Below are positions 26,880 through 40,381 of a stretch of 64,000 nucleotides of DNA, in pieces. Under the pieces are notes generated by a model. The model had not been told where the DNA came from and ran no database searches. It saw nothing but the letters and a program-made list of their open reading frames with translations. Every line of letters begins with the position of its first letter. Positions within the stretch are counted from its first letter, which is position 1. The translations under genes were made by a program, and so were the position numbers. Source of the DNA: Chiloscyllium plagiosum (lineage: Eukaryota); contig NC_057718.1 of assembly GCF_004010195.1 (NCBI RefSeq), forward strand, positions 46,373,236 through 46,437,235, given 5' to 3'.

Positions 26880-27950
26880 ACAAAACCCCACAGGCAGGCA
26901 TGCGAGACTCCAGCAGGGTCCTCTACGGTTCAGAACATATCTTCGTATTGATATGTGGTCAAGCACATTCCATCCAATCTTTGCCTTTCGCTCATCATCA
27001 GTTTGTGGACAATTCGAGACTAAGTTTCCAGTATGCGATAGCAATCCCCAGTGTGGAACAACACTGGAGAGACAAGGTTTCTCCTTGGACACCAGACTCG
27101 ATGCCCTTATGGTTAGTGATTAAAAGACGAGCCAGAAGGAGATGGCACCAACTGGTGGGCCAATTCATGAACTCAATGATGCTTTGTCCAGTGGAGGAGA
27201 GAGACCATTCAGATGGCCAGTGTTGGAGATGGTGAATTGGTATAAGAAATGGCTATTCAGCATAGGAAAGGTGGAACAAACATTATGGGAATTTGGTGCA
27301 TTGTTGAGTACAAAGGAACAGTTACAGACAAGGATAGTTGTTGAGAATTACTTGTAACTGCCTGCATGTTCACAGTGAGCAAGGATTATATAGGTTAGCT
27401 GTTCTCATTCCTCCCCTAGAACAGCTGCATGCACACCAACCAGAGCTTAATGTTCATCAGGCATCAGGAGGAGGAGGAAGAGATGTTCCAATGAAGAACA
27501 ATTCCATCTTACAAACCCATAACCCACCAGCACAGATACTGTGGAGTCACTGCGGAAGGATGTTGTGGACATTTAGAATTGACTCTAGATTGGAAAGGAC
27601 ACAGAAAATTTGTTGGACTCAAAGTCACCTGTACATAGACTCCTTGGAGGAAGCAGAGCATTGACAATGATGCTCCAACTGCCAATGAGGTCATGGATCA
27701 TGAGTGACTTTGTGAAGCACAGGACGCGCAGCAACAGATGTGTGGACATCTGGCTGGGCTCTCTAAGCCCAGGGAAGCTCAGGCACTGTCAGTAGAGGGG
27801 TCCATCATGGTAATGAGCTCCGGCTTGTCTCAGGGGCTCAGTTGCTTGAGCTCCAAACCATGACAGAACTGCCAATCACATGGAGAGACACACACAGCAT
27901 CACATAGACTGCATGCAAAACCAGATTTGAGATTGCAATGGATTTAGGTT
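26880..27950 (+). mobile_element. Possible PIF/Harbinger accessory (Myb/SANT-like) gene remnant
   Basis: QKEMAPTGG...CPVEE (~27130-27200) and helical DAQQQMCGHLAGL...SVEGSIMVMSSGLSQ (~27720-27840) resemble Harbinger accessory proteins; frameshifted. Confidence 0.35.
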
Positions 27951-28704
27951 CGATGCTCTATCAATTCAAAGCATTGTCAGAGAATCTCAGACGATGAGGT
28001 GTTGAGTTGGGATTGAATTTTCAGCTTGCACAGCCAGCACTTGGGCCTCTTTTCCATTCAGACCTTATGATTCCCAAGCAGAGAACTTTGGCTAAATAAA
28101 AAGAAGGAGGTTTGAAGCAAACTGACGTCTCTGTGGAAACATTTTGCTTTTCAAAATCCTACCTCTTATTTGTGATCACAACAGTTGTTGAACAATACTG
28201 AGTGAGCTTGCTACAACCCCTGCTTCTGGACTCCAAATGTATACATTTTGGGTTCATACACTCAATTTCAAACCAAATAACTTTCTTTTTCTGCAAAGCA
28301 GAAATGGGTCTAACCATTTCAGTGGTTTAGAGTACTGTGGCACTATTAAAGAGATTTTCTAGAGATCTGATTAACATAGTAAAACCAGAAAATGCTAGAA
28401 ATACTCCACAGTAAATACTCAGAACTAATTTGGTAGCTCAAAATCACCCAGTTGCTTTCTCCACAGTGCTATGTGCATATACTTTTAATTCCATCATCTG
28501 CAGTATTTTTCTTCTAGATTTTTGTGCTGATTAACATTCTTCTCTCAATCAATGTCACCAGTAGGCAGTTGTATTATTCATGGAGGTTCATGAACAATCA
28601 TGAACTTGTGAAATGTCACTCATGTAGAATGGTGACCTTTGTCCATAAAGTAGCAGTCCTTCATGCAAGACATCATGCATTGTTGCAGCACGATACATAT
28701 TATT

Positions 28705-29032
28705 TTAGAATTAGAATTAGAATCCCTACAGTGTGGAAACAGGCCCTTCGGCCCAACAATTCCACACTGACCCTCCAAAGAGTAACTCACCCAGGCCCAT
28801 TCCCCTATCCTATATTTACCCCTGACCAATGCACTTAATCTACACATCTCTGAACACTATGGGCAATTTAGCATGGCCAACTCACCTAACCTACACATCT
28901 GTGGACAAGAGCACCCGGAGGAAAGCCAAGCAGACACAGGGAGTCTCCATACAGTCGCTAGAGGCTGGAATCGAACCCGGATCCCTGGTGTTGTGAGGCA
29001 ACAGTGCTAACCACAGAGCCACCATGCCGCCC
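28705..29032 (-). mobile_element. HE1-like SINE, near full length
   Basis: (ttagaa)n tail; tRNA head ggctggaatcgaacccggatccctgg...gtgctaaccacagagccaccatgccgccc. Confidence 0.9.
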
Positions 29033-29544
29033 TAATTCACACATTTTTACTGCATGAAAAATTAATAAGATTAATTGCAAACTAAATAATTGCCTTTACA
29101 AATTTCCACAGCTTTAGAAGGTTTTGTCTTCAAGGTGTCAGATGTTGTTGGGAAAATTAATTATTTTTGCCCTGACTCCTTCCGATGCTAAGATTGTGTG
29201 TTCCCAAGTAAAGTGCACGTCAAAGCTGCAGCAAAGCTTGCCCTCTGCTTTGCTCTGACAATTTATTCTAATGTCAAACACAGAAGAGTACTTCCCATCA
29301 TTTATGATTCCCCTCATCCCCTCCATTTCTGATCCTTGTAACACTGAGATTCACTCACCATTACTGAAAAATAAATTGAACATCAGATTTCTGGGACTGC
29401 ACATACTCAGTCATATGGAAATGCTTTCCACCTGCTCCTCCAAAACGTGTACAGTAGCAGCATTCCCATTCAGGGATCTAGCACTGAAACGGAAAGAATG
29501 TCAAGTTGCCAAACTGACCAGGAGAAATCAGGGATAGTACTTTT

Positions 29545-31578
29545 GAAAATGGGTTTTGGGCAAAAGCCCTTCATCAGGAATGAGGCTAAGAGCTGAGGGG
29601 GTGGTGAGATAAATGGGAGGGGAGTGGGGCTTGGGAAATGGTAGCTGAGAGTGCAATAGATAAATGAAGGTGGGGGTCAAGGTGATAGGTCAGAGAGGAG
29701 GGTGGAGCGGATAAATGGGAAGGAAGATGGACAGGCAGGACAGGTCGTGAGGGCAGTGCCAAGTTGGAAGGTTGGATCTGGGATAGGTGGGGGTTGGGGA
29801 AGTGAGGAAACTGGTGAAATCCATATTGATGCTGTGGGGTTGGAGGTCCATGGTGAAGGTGAGGCATTGGGGGCCAGGGAAACAAAAGGACCCCAATTCC
29901 TAATGCCTAACACCTCATCTTCACCATGGACATCCAGTCCCTGTACATCTCCATCCGCCATGACCACGGCCTCCAAGCCCTTCGTTTCTTCTTCTCCCGG
30001 TGTCCCCAATAGTATCCTTCCACCGACACTCTCATTTTTTTGGCTGAACTGGTTCTCACCCTCAATAATTTCTCCTTCAAATCCTCCCATTTCCTCCAGA
30101 TGCCCTGCATGGGCCCCAGCTATGCCTACCTCTTTGTCGGCTACATGGAACAGACCATCTTCCAGAGTTACATCATGTACCACTCCCCACCTCTTCCTCT
30201 GTTACATTAATGACTGCATCGGCGCCACCTCATGCTCCTGTGAGGAGGTTGAACAGTTCATCAACTTCACGAACACATTCCACCCTGACCTTAAATTCAC
30301 CTGGACCATCTCAGACACCTCCCTCCCCTTCCTAGACCTCTCCACCTCCAACAACAGAGACCGACTCAACACTGACATCTTCTACAAACCCACCAACTCC
30401 CACAGCTACCTGGATCACACCACCTCCCACCCTGCATCCTGTAAAAATGCTATCCCTTATTCCCAATTCCTCTGCCTCTGCCACATCTGCTCCCAGGAGG
30501 ACCAGTTCCACCACAGAACACGCCTCCTTCTTTATAGGCTGCAATTTCCCCTCCAATGCATCTCATCCACTTCCCATACCTTCGCCCTCAGACCTCACTC
30601 CTCCAACCATAACAAGGTCAGAACCCCCAGTCCTCGCCTTCCACCTCCGTATTCATCACATCATCCTCTGCCATTTCCACCACCTACAAACGGACACCAC
30701 CAGAGATATATTTCCCTCCACACCCCTATCCACTTTCTGTAAAACCGTTCCCTCCGCAACTATTTGGTCAAGTCCATGCCCCCTAACAAGCCACCCCCCC
30801 GTCCTGGCACCTTTCCCTGCCACCGCAAGAATTACAAAACCTGCACCCACACCTCCTCCCTCACCACCATCCAATGCCCCAAAGGAGCCTTCCACATCCA
30901 AAGTTTTACCTGCATTTCCACCCAGGTCATTTACTGTATCTGTTGCTCCCGATGCGGTCTCCTCTATATTGGGGAGGCAGGACGCCTACTACAGAGTATT
31001 TCAGAGAACATCTCCAGAACACCCGCACCAATCAACCCCACCATCCCATGGCCAAACACTTTAACTCTCTCCCTCCCATTCCACCAAGGACATGCAGGTC
31101 CTGGGCCTTCTCTATTGCCACTCCCTAACTACCGAACGCCTGGAGGAAGAACGTCTCATCTTCTGCCTCAGGACTCTCCAACCTCACGACATGTAAGTGG
31201 ATTTCACCAGTTTCCTCATTTCCCCTGCCCCCACCTTATCCCAGGTCCAATCTTCCAGCTCAGCATCGCCCTCATGACCTGTCCAGGCTGCCCATCTTCC
31301 TTTCCACCTATCTGCTCCACCCTCCTCTCTGATCTATCATCTTCACCCCCACATTCATCCACATATTGCACTCTCAGCAATCTTTCCCCCAGCCCTAACC
31401 CCCTCCCCTCCCATTTACCTCACCAACCCCCTCAGCTGACAGCCTCATTTCCGATGAAGGGGGCTTTTACCTGAAACATCCACTCTCCCGCTCCTGATGC
31501 TGCCTGACCTGTTGTGCTTTTCCAGCAGCTCACTCTTTACTCTAATCTCCAGCATCTGCACACCTCACTTTCACCCAG
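29545..31578 (+). mobile_element. Penelope-like element (RT, GIY-YIG, pLTR) with inverted 5' segment
   Basis: LFLCYINDCIG (YIDD-like), PFLDL, DIFYKPTNSHSYL, VIYCICCSRCGLLYIGEAGR; 29545-29870 is an inverted copy of ~31160-31480. Confidence 0.92.
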
Positions 31579-31804
31579 TTGATTTTTTAAAAAATGCGTT
31601 GTGTTAGTTACTGCCAAATAATCTTCCTAACCTTGGAATTTTACTTTTCTAAGCAATCCCATGCCTTCAAGTATTACTTTTTAAAACTTTCCTTCATAGC
31701 TGGTAGGCAACGATACCTAGTCTGGAACTTTTTCTCCACCTATAATTGCCTTTAAGAGAGCAACAAGCTGTGTTCATGAACTGACATAGGTACATCCAAA
31801 TTGC

Positions 31805-33030
31805 GTGTCGGAAAAGGAGCTGCAAGATATTGATCTAGTGACAGCGAATGAACAACACAGTTAGGGTGATATGTGGCTTGAAGTTCAACTTGCAGGTTCC
31901 GATGTTTCTCCATATCCAATGTGCTTGTCCTAACAGGTGTCAGGAGTGTGGATTTGAATGGTGCTGGCTAAAGTACGTTGGCAACTTGCTGCAGTTACCA
32001 CTGTGCATTGGTGGTAGAGAGAGTGAATGTTGGAGGTGGTAGATTTGATGCCAACTAGGAAGATTGCTTTATCCTGGATGGTGTGAAGCATACGGAGCGT
32101 CGTTGGACCTGCACTCATCCAGGCAAACTGGGAGTTATTCATCACCCTCCTGACTTGTGCCTTCTTCATAGTGGACAGCCTTTGGAAACACAGGAGGAGA
32201 GTTGCTCGCCATAGATTTACCGGCTTCAGACTTGCTCTTCTAGCTACTGTATTTCCATGGCTAGTTAAATTCAGTTTCTCATTAACAGTAACCAACAGCA
32301 CATTGATAGTTGGGGATATGATAATGGTAATGTCACTATCTTCTCGTAATATTCAGTTAAATTCACTCTTGTTGGAAATGGTCACTGTCTGGCACATTTG
32401 TTACCAGATATCAACCCAGCCTGAACACTGTCTACACGCAGCAAGATGTGTCCAGTGATTGTCTCAGTATCTGAGGAGTCACAAATGGTACTTAACATTG
32501 TAGATTCAGTGAATATCTTCAATTCTGACCTTATGGTAGAGAGAAAGCTCTTGATGGAGCCGATGGAACCGCGGTAGATGGTTGGAATGAGGACACTAAG
32601 TGGAGGTCCTTAAACTGAAGTGATCGACTTGCTACAACCACAGTGATCATTCTTCCCACCTCATCACCCACATTTCCTATTCATTTATGTTAGAGCTGCT
32701 TGATGCAACTTCCCCCACCGAGACTATATTTTAAACCCTCTACCAGCTGGTTTCTTCCAACTACTGTTCAACATGGAGGAGTACTGATTCATCAGCTGAA
32801 GGTAGGAGAGGTGAATGATGGAGGTAGATAGCAATCAGCAGGTGGACTTCTTACCCAGAGTGGACCTGATGTTACCAGAGTCCATGGGCTGCACAGTGAA
32901 TGTTGATGACTGCCAAGGTAACACCCTCCCAGCTCGACACCAACTATACTCTGTACTGTCCTGCTGCTGGGAAAAAACAATGATGGTGGTGGTGTTCAGG
33001 GAATTGTTTGTAAAGTACGATTATCGGGCA
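31805..33030 (-). mobile_element. CR1/Jockey-group LINE fragment
   Basis: ORF 31930-32301 AWMSAGPTTLRMLHTIQDKAIFLVG...HSLYHQCTV. Confidence 0.75.
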
Positions 33031-36000
33031 ATATGATTAATGTTTGGTACCTTTTAAACAAAGGTAAAACATTCAAATTTGTTTTGTCTCCTTTTTCTCT
33101 CATTCTTTCCCTCACTTTCTGTATCAGATTAGAAATTGTATTAAATTATTCAAACTGACATGTCCTACTTCAGGCTCTGTGCTGCTCAGTAATCATCCTT
33201 CAATCTAATTGGTTAAGATCCTCGTCCTTGTTACACATTTCCCAAAACAACTGCAAAAGTTGCCAAGCCCAATTGGTTTCTGGGTTCTCCTGCAAAAGCC
33301 CTTCGGAATCCTGTGGCATGTGCAAGTATAACAAATAATGTTTGCTGCTGACCATAAATGTTGGCTTTTTGTCTTCTTTTGGAATTCAATTGCTGAGCAA
33401 CCCCCTCCTCTGCACTAAGAGGAGGATTGGCATTGCCAACCTAGTAGATGTAGCACTCAAACAGACTAAAAGGAAGGAAACCTTTAACCCATCACTCCGG
33501 TCTGGATTAAACTTCGACCCTTAAAATGGATTAATCTACTGTACTCTCCCAATATCTTCCACAGCTAGTTTTCTGAGGTCGGGAAAAATTGACAGCCTGC
33601 GAAATCTTGGTACTTCCCTCATTACCAGTATTTGTCAAACTTTTTTTAAAAAAAAAACATGGGTATCTTACTGTGGGGACTCCCAGCAAATATCAACTCA
33701 CTCTCGAGAACCATCCAGTCGAGACAGTTTCAGTTTCCCAAAGATAAATAGTTATTGTTGTTAATTATCCATTAGTGTAATTAAAAAAACATGGCACTTA
33801 ATGAAAAACAATAAAAACTAACAGAAGATGAACAATGGCCGAACATCCACAAATTCCTTTTGCAAACTCCTGTTGGAGTACCTCAGCTTGATACTAAAGT
33901 TCTGCCTAGCTTCCATAGTTTCCAAATCAAATTGTGAACATTGTGGTTAATCATTGATAACTGGACTAGTTATAATTGTTGAAACTTGGAAAAGTTAAGT
34001 TGGCTTGTAATTTAGATGTGTATTTTCATTAGCCAGATAATTTTATTGGCAGAAGTGCCTGTATACAATTACACATTGGCCAGATACCACGTTAATATTA
34101 GACAATTAACATGTTCACCCAATCTGAGACTGTCACCTGACTATGTTCATTAATAGGGTAATTACTGACGCTGGCTTGGAAACATCAAATGTGAGGCTCC
34201 CTAAGATCACAGAGTAATGAAATTGGAGAAAATGGCACGTTTCTAAGTGACCCAGCTTGCTGAAATCAACAATGTAGAAATGGAGGAGGAAGTAATCTGC
34301 AGATGGACCACATTTGATGTTAAAGGTGGTGAATCGAACTAAGGATTGTATATCGAATTTGAACTTCTTGTGGAGATTTGGCTCTTTTAGTAGTCAAAAA
34401 CATTGGTCAAATTGCAAAAGCACTGCTGATGAGGCATTTAAAATATTGGAACTGCATTTCCATTTCCAAATAACTGATCTGTTAATTCTTTCATTTAAGG
34501 TAAATTTGGTGATAATATCTGGAATGTACAATTATTACAAGTGCTAAAGTAATGATGCTTCATCTAGTCCAACATTTGAATTGCTTTGCAAAACAATCTC
34601 CACCACTAAATTCACTTGCAGAAATGTTATTTATATCAGGATAGTAAAAATATTTATCTTTTTAAGAGGTCAGTTAAAAAATGTATGAATACTCTTACAT
34701 GTTAAGGCAACAAAGAGTTAATCACAAATACGATACATGCCTGAACATGCCTTTACATCGAAGTCATAACTGCAGAATTCCTAAGGGGAAGCAATACATG
34801 TTGCTTCTGTGCAAATAAATGACTACTTAAAATCATTTAGAAATGGCCCATTATTCTCTGGTTCTGGAAGAGGTTATAAACACTCGAGTATGCAAGTGAA
34901 TGACAATGTCAAGGAGGGGAACATTTGAAATGGAATGTGATGATCAGTCTGTGAGAGAAGATCGTTTTCTTGGAAATGTTGCTAGTTAAATTTGCATTTT
35001 GGAAGTGACCGAATTGAAACATTAATTTCTGTAGTCTCTTCTCCAGCTCATGTTACAAATCTTAAGAAAAAAGTTTGATCCATCAAGCACCAGGGTTAGT
35101 TGGAGCTCCACCAACTGCAGCTGTGGAAATGATGATTCCAGGAAAAGGCTCCAACCAAAGGCTGCAGCTGGAACCAAGACTAATACTGTGTTTTACACTG
35201 GTAACTGCTCCCACTTTTACTATGACTGTACCATTTCAATTGACATAGGGATTTCCAATTTTTGGTTACACAACTTTGCTTCACAGAGTGTAATTTTTAA
35301 AATGCCACATCATTACCAATAAATATTGGAACTATTTTTCATTAGGGCTTTTGATAGTTCTGCAGGAAGTTAGACAGGTTTTTGTTTAAATGAGATTCAG
35401 ATCCAAGACTGATGGGCCGAGTCTCCCTTCTACATTATAAAGGTGCTGAAAATGCACTTGAAAACAATTCGTAATGACAGCACCAATCAGGAACCTTACC
35501 CAGACAGGACAGAGAATCCAGAAAAATGCTACTGATGTTTAATTTTAGGAGTTAGCATCAAAATACATTTTTAGATCAGAGCAGAACAAGTTTTACATCT
35601 TCCACTTCAATGGGTACAAAATTTAGAAAATAAATTTAGAAGATGCATGCTGACATAAAATGAGAAATGTTTGATAGCAAATAAAATACTGTATTGCACA
35701 GAAACCTGATTAAACAAACCACATCTCATTCTATAACTTTATATACTTCACATAAGTAGGATTTCTGAGAGGTGCTGATAATATATTACGATGGATTCCT
35801 CCTCCACAGGTAGCTTGGATTTCAGCCTGAAAGCTTTGCATTAACTGCTGTAAATCCATGGATGGTGATATCTTCTCAACATGGCTGCTAATCCAAGAGT
35901 GAAAACTACTTTTGTCTTGTCATAGTCTGGTTTAGATAATGTAGACATTTGATTTTATATATATTTTGATCAAGAATTCATTCTAATTATAGCAGAAAAG

Positions 36001-36277
36001 TGCATCACATTATTTAGAAAGAAATATAAATTTCCATTCCAGGTAATTTGTAAACCATTTTATTTAGTTGGTTCTAATCCATACCCTGCAATTAATTGGT
36101 TCATGTAATAAGAACAGTAATTAGTAACAATAGTCAGCAGAAATTATCCTCATTAGTGACAGGCTAAATCCAACATGTTACTGCACCACAAACTATGTTT
36201 TATAAATAAATAGGAATTATGTACATAAAGAATATGATGTTTGTCTAGACCTGTTGGACTTTGCTATTTTATATACA

Positions 36278-36283
36278 TTTATT
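36278..36283 (-). promoter_or_regulatory. Candidate polyadenylation signal AATAAA for RPS6KC1
   Basis: tttatt on + strand about 250 bp past the stop; another at 36059-36064. The region is AT-rich, so chance hits are likely. Confidence 0.3.
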
Positions 36284-36530
36284 CACAGAATGGAGTAATT
36301 CCAGACTTAGCCACATGATCAAGAATGCAGCAATTCAAGTGCCTGTAACGCAGACATAAACACAATAAAATAATCCTTCAAAATTAAAGTTGCCCGATTG
36401 CAGTTATAAAGTCCACTACTGGAATGGTGGAAGGGCAGTTTCATTCCCTGGGATTTGGCATTGCGTGTGCACACTGAAGTACAATCCTGATTCGTGCAGT
36501 AATGGAAGGCATTTCTTTTCCATGAGTTCT

Positions 36531-36641
36531 TTACCTCTTTACTGTGGACCAGTCCAATGTCGAGAAGAACGGATGTGATTTGATATCTTCAAAACCTGAC
36601 GCACCAGCACCGAGCCTCTCACTGGGATTATACTGCAAAAG
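36531..36641 (-). CDS. RPS6KC1: RPS6KC1 last coding exon including stop codon
   Basis: catctttag|CTT TTG CAG...AAG AGG TAA; 111 bp; LLQYNPSERLGAGASGFEDIKSHPFFSTLDWSTVKR* vs RPS6KC1 LLQFNPLERLGAGVAGVEDIKSHPFFTPVDWAELMR*; in frame with the two upstream exons; closer to RPS6KC1 than to the paralog RPS6KL1. Confidence 0.95.
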   Translation of the reverse strand, partial: LLQYNPSERLGAGASGFEDIKSHPFFSTLDWSTVKR

Positions 36642-38904
36642 CTAAAGATGAGGAAAGCAAAAGTATCACACACATCCAGTAGTGGAAATGATTCTGTTCC
36701 AGATGCTGCTGAATATATGTTGTCTATATTTGTACTGACACCAGTCACCCGCTTCACGAGATAACACGCTGAACGTTATTCACGCTGAATAGCTCCAATA
36801 ACTCCAAAGTTAATCTGATTTAAAACTCACTATCATCCTTATCTCTATCACTGATAAAACAGTAAGCAATATACTCCAAGTTTACGGGTTTATTATGCCC
36901 ATTTAGTCTCCTTGGATTTATTCTGTAAGGATCTATCTACGCATATGGTCATTTACATCAGAGTGAAAATAGTTCACAATTGGACAATTCAATGATAAAT
37001 GCTTTTCAATGAACTTTAATACATCACATTCTACCTACTTAGTAAAACAAATACCATATAGATGAATTTATTCACATTTTCAATTTTACATGCTCCACCT
37101 GTCGATTTTTTCTGAGCAGCATCTATCTGCTTGAATGGTTTTCTTCAGGCAACTAGATAGTCAGCTTTAATACTGCTGTTGAGGTCCTTTTCAACAATCA
37201 GAAGTGATTGGCAAGGGTTCGAAAACTAATTCTTCAGGCCCCTTGCTTGTCACTGTTCCAAATGGAATTACTGCAACTGATATCTAGAAACACTGCTTGT
37301 CTAGTGACTACTAATTCAATCGATATCTATCATCTTGGATCCCAGGGGTTTTCACTCATCAGGAAGATTCCTGTGACAGATTCTTTACTTCCTAATGATA
37401 AGAAATATAATAATCACCAGCTTACTGCCATTCACCCATGCTGTTGAGTCGTTAGATAGATCCAATTTTTTTTTTTTACAGCGGGACCTACCTTTCATAA
37501 AAGGGTATTGATTTGAATTAATTGCCCTTACACTTGCTAAGTGCCGCTTTTGATCACTTTTCTCCCGAGCGGCCGTCTGTATAAACATCAGAAAACGAGG
37601 TGGAGAATACCCAGGATTATGCTTTTGACCCATTTAAAAAGTATAGTCATTTGATTCAAACTTTGCAGCCAGCACTTTTACAAAAGATTCTACAATTTTG
37701 CACTTTCTAATTCTACCTATTTTGTTCTGTACTCTCATTATTACTTCTTCCCCCAGGTTCCAGTGCAGGGAAATCCAGTCATCACTACATATCTGAAGTT
37801 ATATCATCTATTTTCATTAATATAGTTATCAACACTTCAAATCCAGCCACAGTAAATCCACCTTCAATACTCTAATATATGCATTATTAAACAAAAGCAT
37901 TTTCCGCTTTTCCACACTTTGTGCACCATTTTATAACCAATTCCACTTAGGGCCAAGGAGGAATTTACACCAGCACAAAGGTTGCTCTTAACACCAACAG
38001 TCTTCATTGGGATTAGACATTTCAGTCTTGCTGTTATGCTGAATCATGCTGATAGTAGCAAATGATCCTTAATTAGTTTACTTTTCTTACAAGTTGTTCG
38101 TAAAATAGAAAACATTGCTAATCAGCTGATATACATTTAAGCATTTAGAGGCCACAGCAGTGCTTTCCAACTAAGAGCTGTCTAGAAGGAGAACAGTACT
38201 CTGAATAGGAAAATAAAAGCCAGAAATTAATGGTGCTAAATCCCTATATTGAACACGATCATTTTAAGTGAAGTAGTCTGTAAAGAGAAAAACAAGCATC
38301 AGAACAAAATAGGTGGCATATCCAATCCTTTCCTGCGTCTTTATAAGTGTCCTTTAGCAGCTGGGTTAAGTGCAACTTCCTTTCCTTGCTGTCAAGAGTT
38401 TGGAAACAGGAGTTCTGTCATTTATTATTAGTCTTCAATCACCAGGATACAGGAGCTCAGATAGCCTTATTTGTAAATTACCTGAAACTACTATCAAATA
38501 AATGCATTTGTAGACTGTACAATTATTTTTTCTAAGGGAGTGTACATTTCTGGTTAACCCAATTTTGCTGAAGATATTGTTCCTTCACACATCTGTGCTT
38601 ACTTTAAGTGCATGGCATTACAATTTTAATTTTCCCGTGACCATAAAATTTGCAAATGAAGAATCATTTAGGATTCACCAAAACCATTTTAAGAAAAATA
38701 CTTAACTTCTCTTGAAAGTTGGATAATAAATCAGAAAATTAGAGCTAAATAGCATGCTGAGAAAAATGAACTTTATTTAGAACTGCCATGCCTAAGGTTT
38801 ATAAGTTGATAAATTAAATGTTTCATTGTAGCACCGGCCATAATACAGCACTCTAATCTTTGGTTTAATCCAAAGCTAAGATTTCAATACATAAACCAAG
38901 TTAA

Positions 38905-39218
38905 CAATCCAGTCCAGTCCTGAAGAAGCATTACACTGTCAGAGTTGCTTTTTTTTCCCCCCGAGTGAGATGTCAATTCTATTTCAGATGGGTGCAAAGA
39001 AATCCCAAGGCCCAATTTTGAAGTAGGGTATTCAGTCCTTGCCAAACAAAATCACGGAACATTTGATCAGGTCATTTTCAGATTGCTATTTGAAGGAGTT
39101 TGCAGTGCATCAAACTGACCCTTTTCCTTACATTGCAACAATGACTACATTGCGAATTAATTAGATGTAAAAGCACTAATGTCTGCTGAAGCCACGAGGG
39201 GTGTTCGAATAGATGCAA
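38905..39218 (+). mobile_element. Deu-domain SINE (SacSINE1/AmnSINE1-related), decayed
   Basis: aaatcccaaggc...caggtcattttcagattgctatttg...ttccttacattgcaacaatgactaca follows the recalled Deu-domain consensus. Confidence 0.65.
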
Positions 39219-39669
39219 AATGTACCAATCAAGGTTTAATCATATTTTCAATAGATTAATCCACATGAAAAGGAAACTTCATCCATCTATTGTTATCGGT
39301 GTTAAAGGATATCCAACAAGCTTCCTCCACCTCGGGTCCAAAAATTGAAGCCATCAATATTTAAACTGCTAACAGCTACTGTTCTGGGGCTAATTAAAAC
39401 AAATTGTAAAACCCTCCACATTACCTCCGCTGGAATCAGCTAGCATTGATAGACAGAAACTGAGGAGAGATGACTGAATTTGTGAAGGGGTCTGGTTTCA
39501 TTACTGTCAACATCGGGGAGCTTGGCCAGTCTCCCCACACGCGCAATTTACAAAAGGGAGACTCCAGAGGATGGAGCACTGTTGAAGTCAGCCATGCCTA
39601 TTCAATCCATGACCTGCATTATCTGATCTCAATTTGGGCCATGAGAAGGGTGCTGCAATTGATCTCAAT

Positions 39670-40026
39670 TAGAAGTTTGTAAGATCATGACGGGCTTGGA
39701 TAGGGCGAATAATCAAAGTCTTTTCCCCAGGGTGTGTGAATCCAAAGCTAGAGGGCACAGGTTTAAAGTGAGGGGGGAAAGATTGACAGTGACCTAAGGG
39801 ACAGAGAGTTTGTGTGTGTATGGAACAAACTGCCAGAGGAAATGGAAGACGTTGGTACAATTACAACATTTAAAAGGCATCTGGATGGGTATATGAATAG
39901 GAAGGGTTTGGAGGGATATGGGTCGGGTGCTGGCAAGTGGGACTAGATTAGGTTAAGATAACTGGTCAGCATGTAAGAGTTGGACCGAAGGGTCTGCTTC
40001 CGTACTGTTCAACTGTATGACTCTAT
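39670..40026 (+). mobile_element. CR1 (HER1-like) 3' fragment in the last RPS6KC1 intron, antisense
   Basis: Homologous to 25-390 with a small internal deletion. Confidence 0.9.
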
Positions 40027-40381
40027 TCTGGGTTTGAAATGGAGGGAAATAAAAGTTGCTACAGACTCATCCAGCAGCTGCTCCAAGAAACTTTGCAAAT
40101 GCAGACTCAGCCATGGTCTTCTTACCATCAAATAATCAGCTCATATTCCACATATACACTCGCACATAAGGCCTTGTTGAAATACAGGAAAGCTGCTGAT
40201 ACCCCCAATGTATTATAATCCAGCATCAGTTATTTCCTTCAGGCCACAATGGAAAGAAAAGAACATTCTCACTTCCCTCACTCAGTTCCTCCATGTATGT
40301 ATAACAAAAAGGTAATGCTGCTTTAAAGTATAAATCCGTAATATTTCTCTGCTGCAGAATTTAATTATAATAACTGATTAC

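Noticed and set aside
28960..29032. tRNA gene
   Set aside because: The A/B-box region is the head of an HE1 SINE, not a complete cloverleaf.
29702..30742. 346-aa ORF as a host gene
   Set aside because: Chimera of the inverted PLE arm and frameshifted Penelope RT; the catalytic YIDD reads YIND.
35020..35322. Plus-strand acceptor-like site and 90-aa ORF
   Set aside because: No recognisable homology or partner exons.
36539..36757. 72-aa minus-strand ORF from the ORF track
   Set aside because: Wrong frame; the real exon 36531-36641 is in another frame and begins at a splice acceptor.
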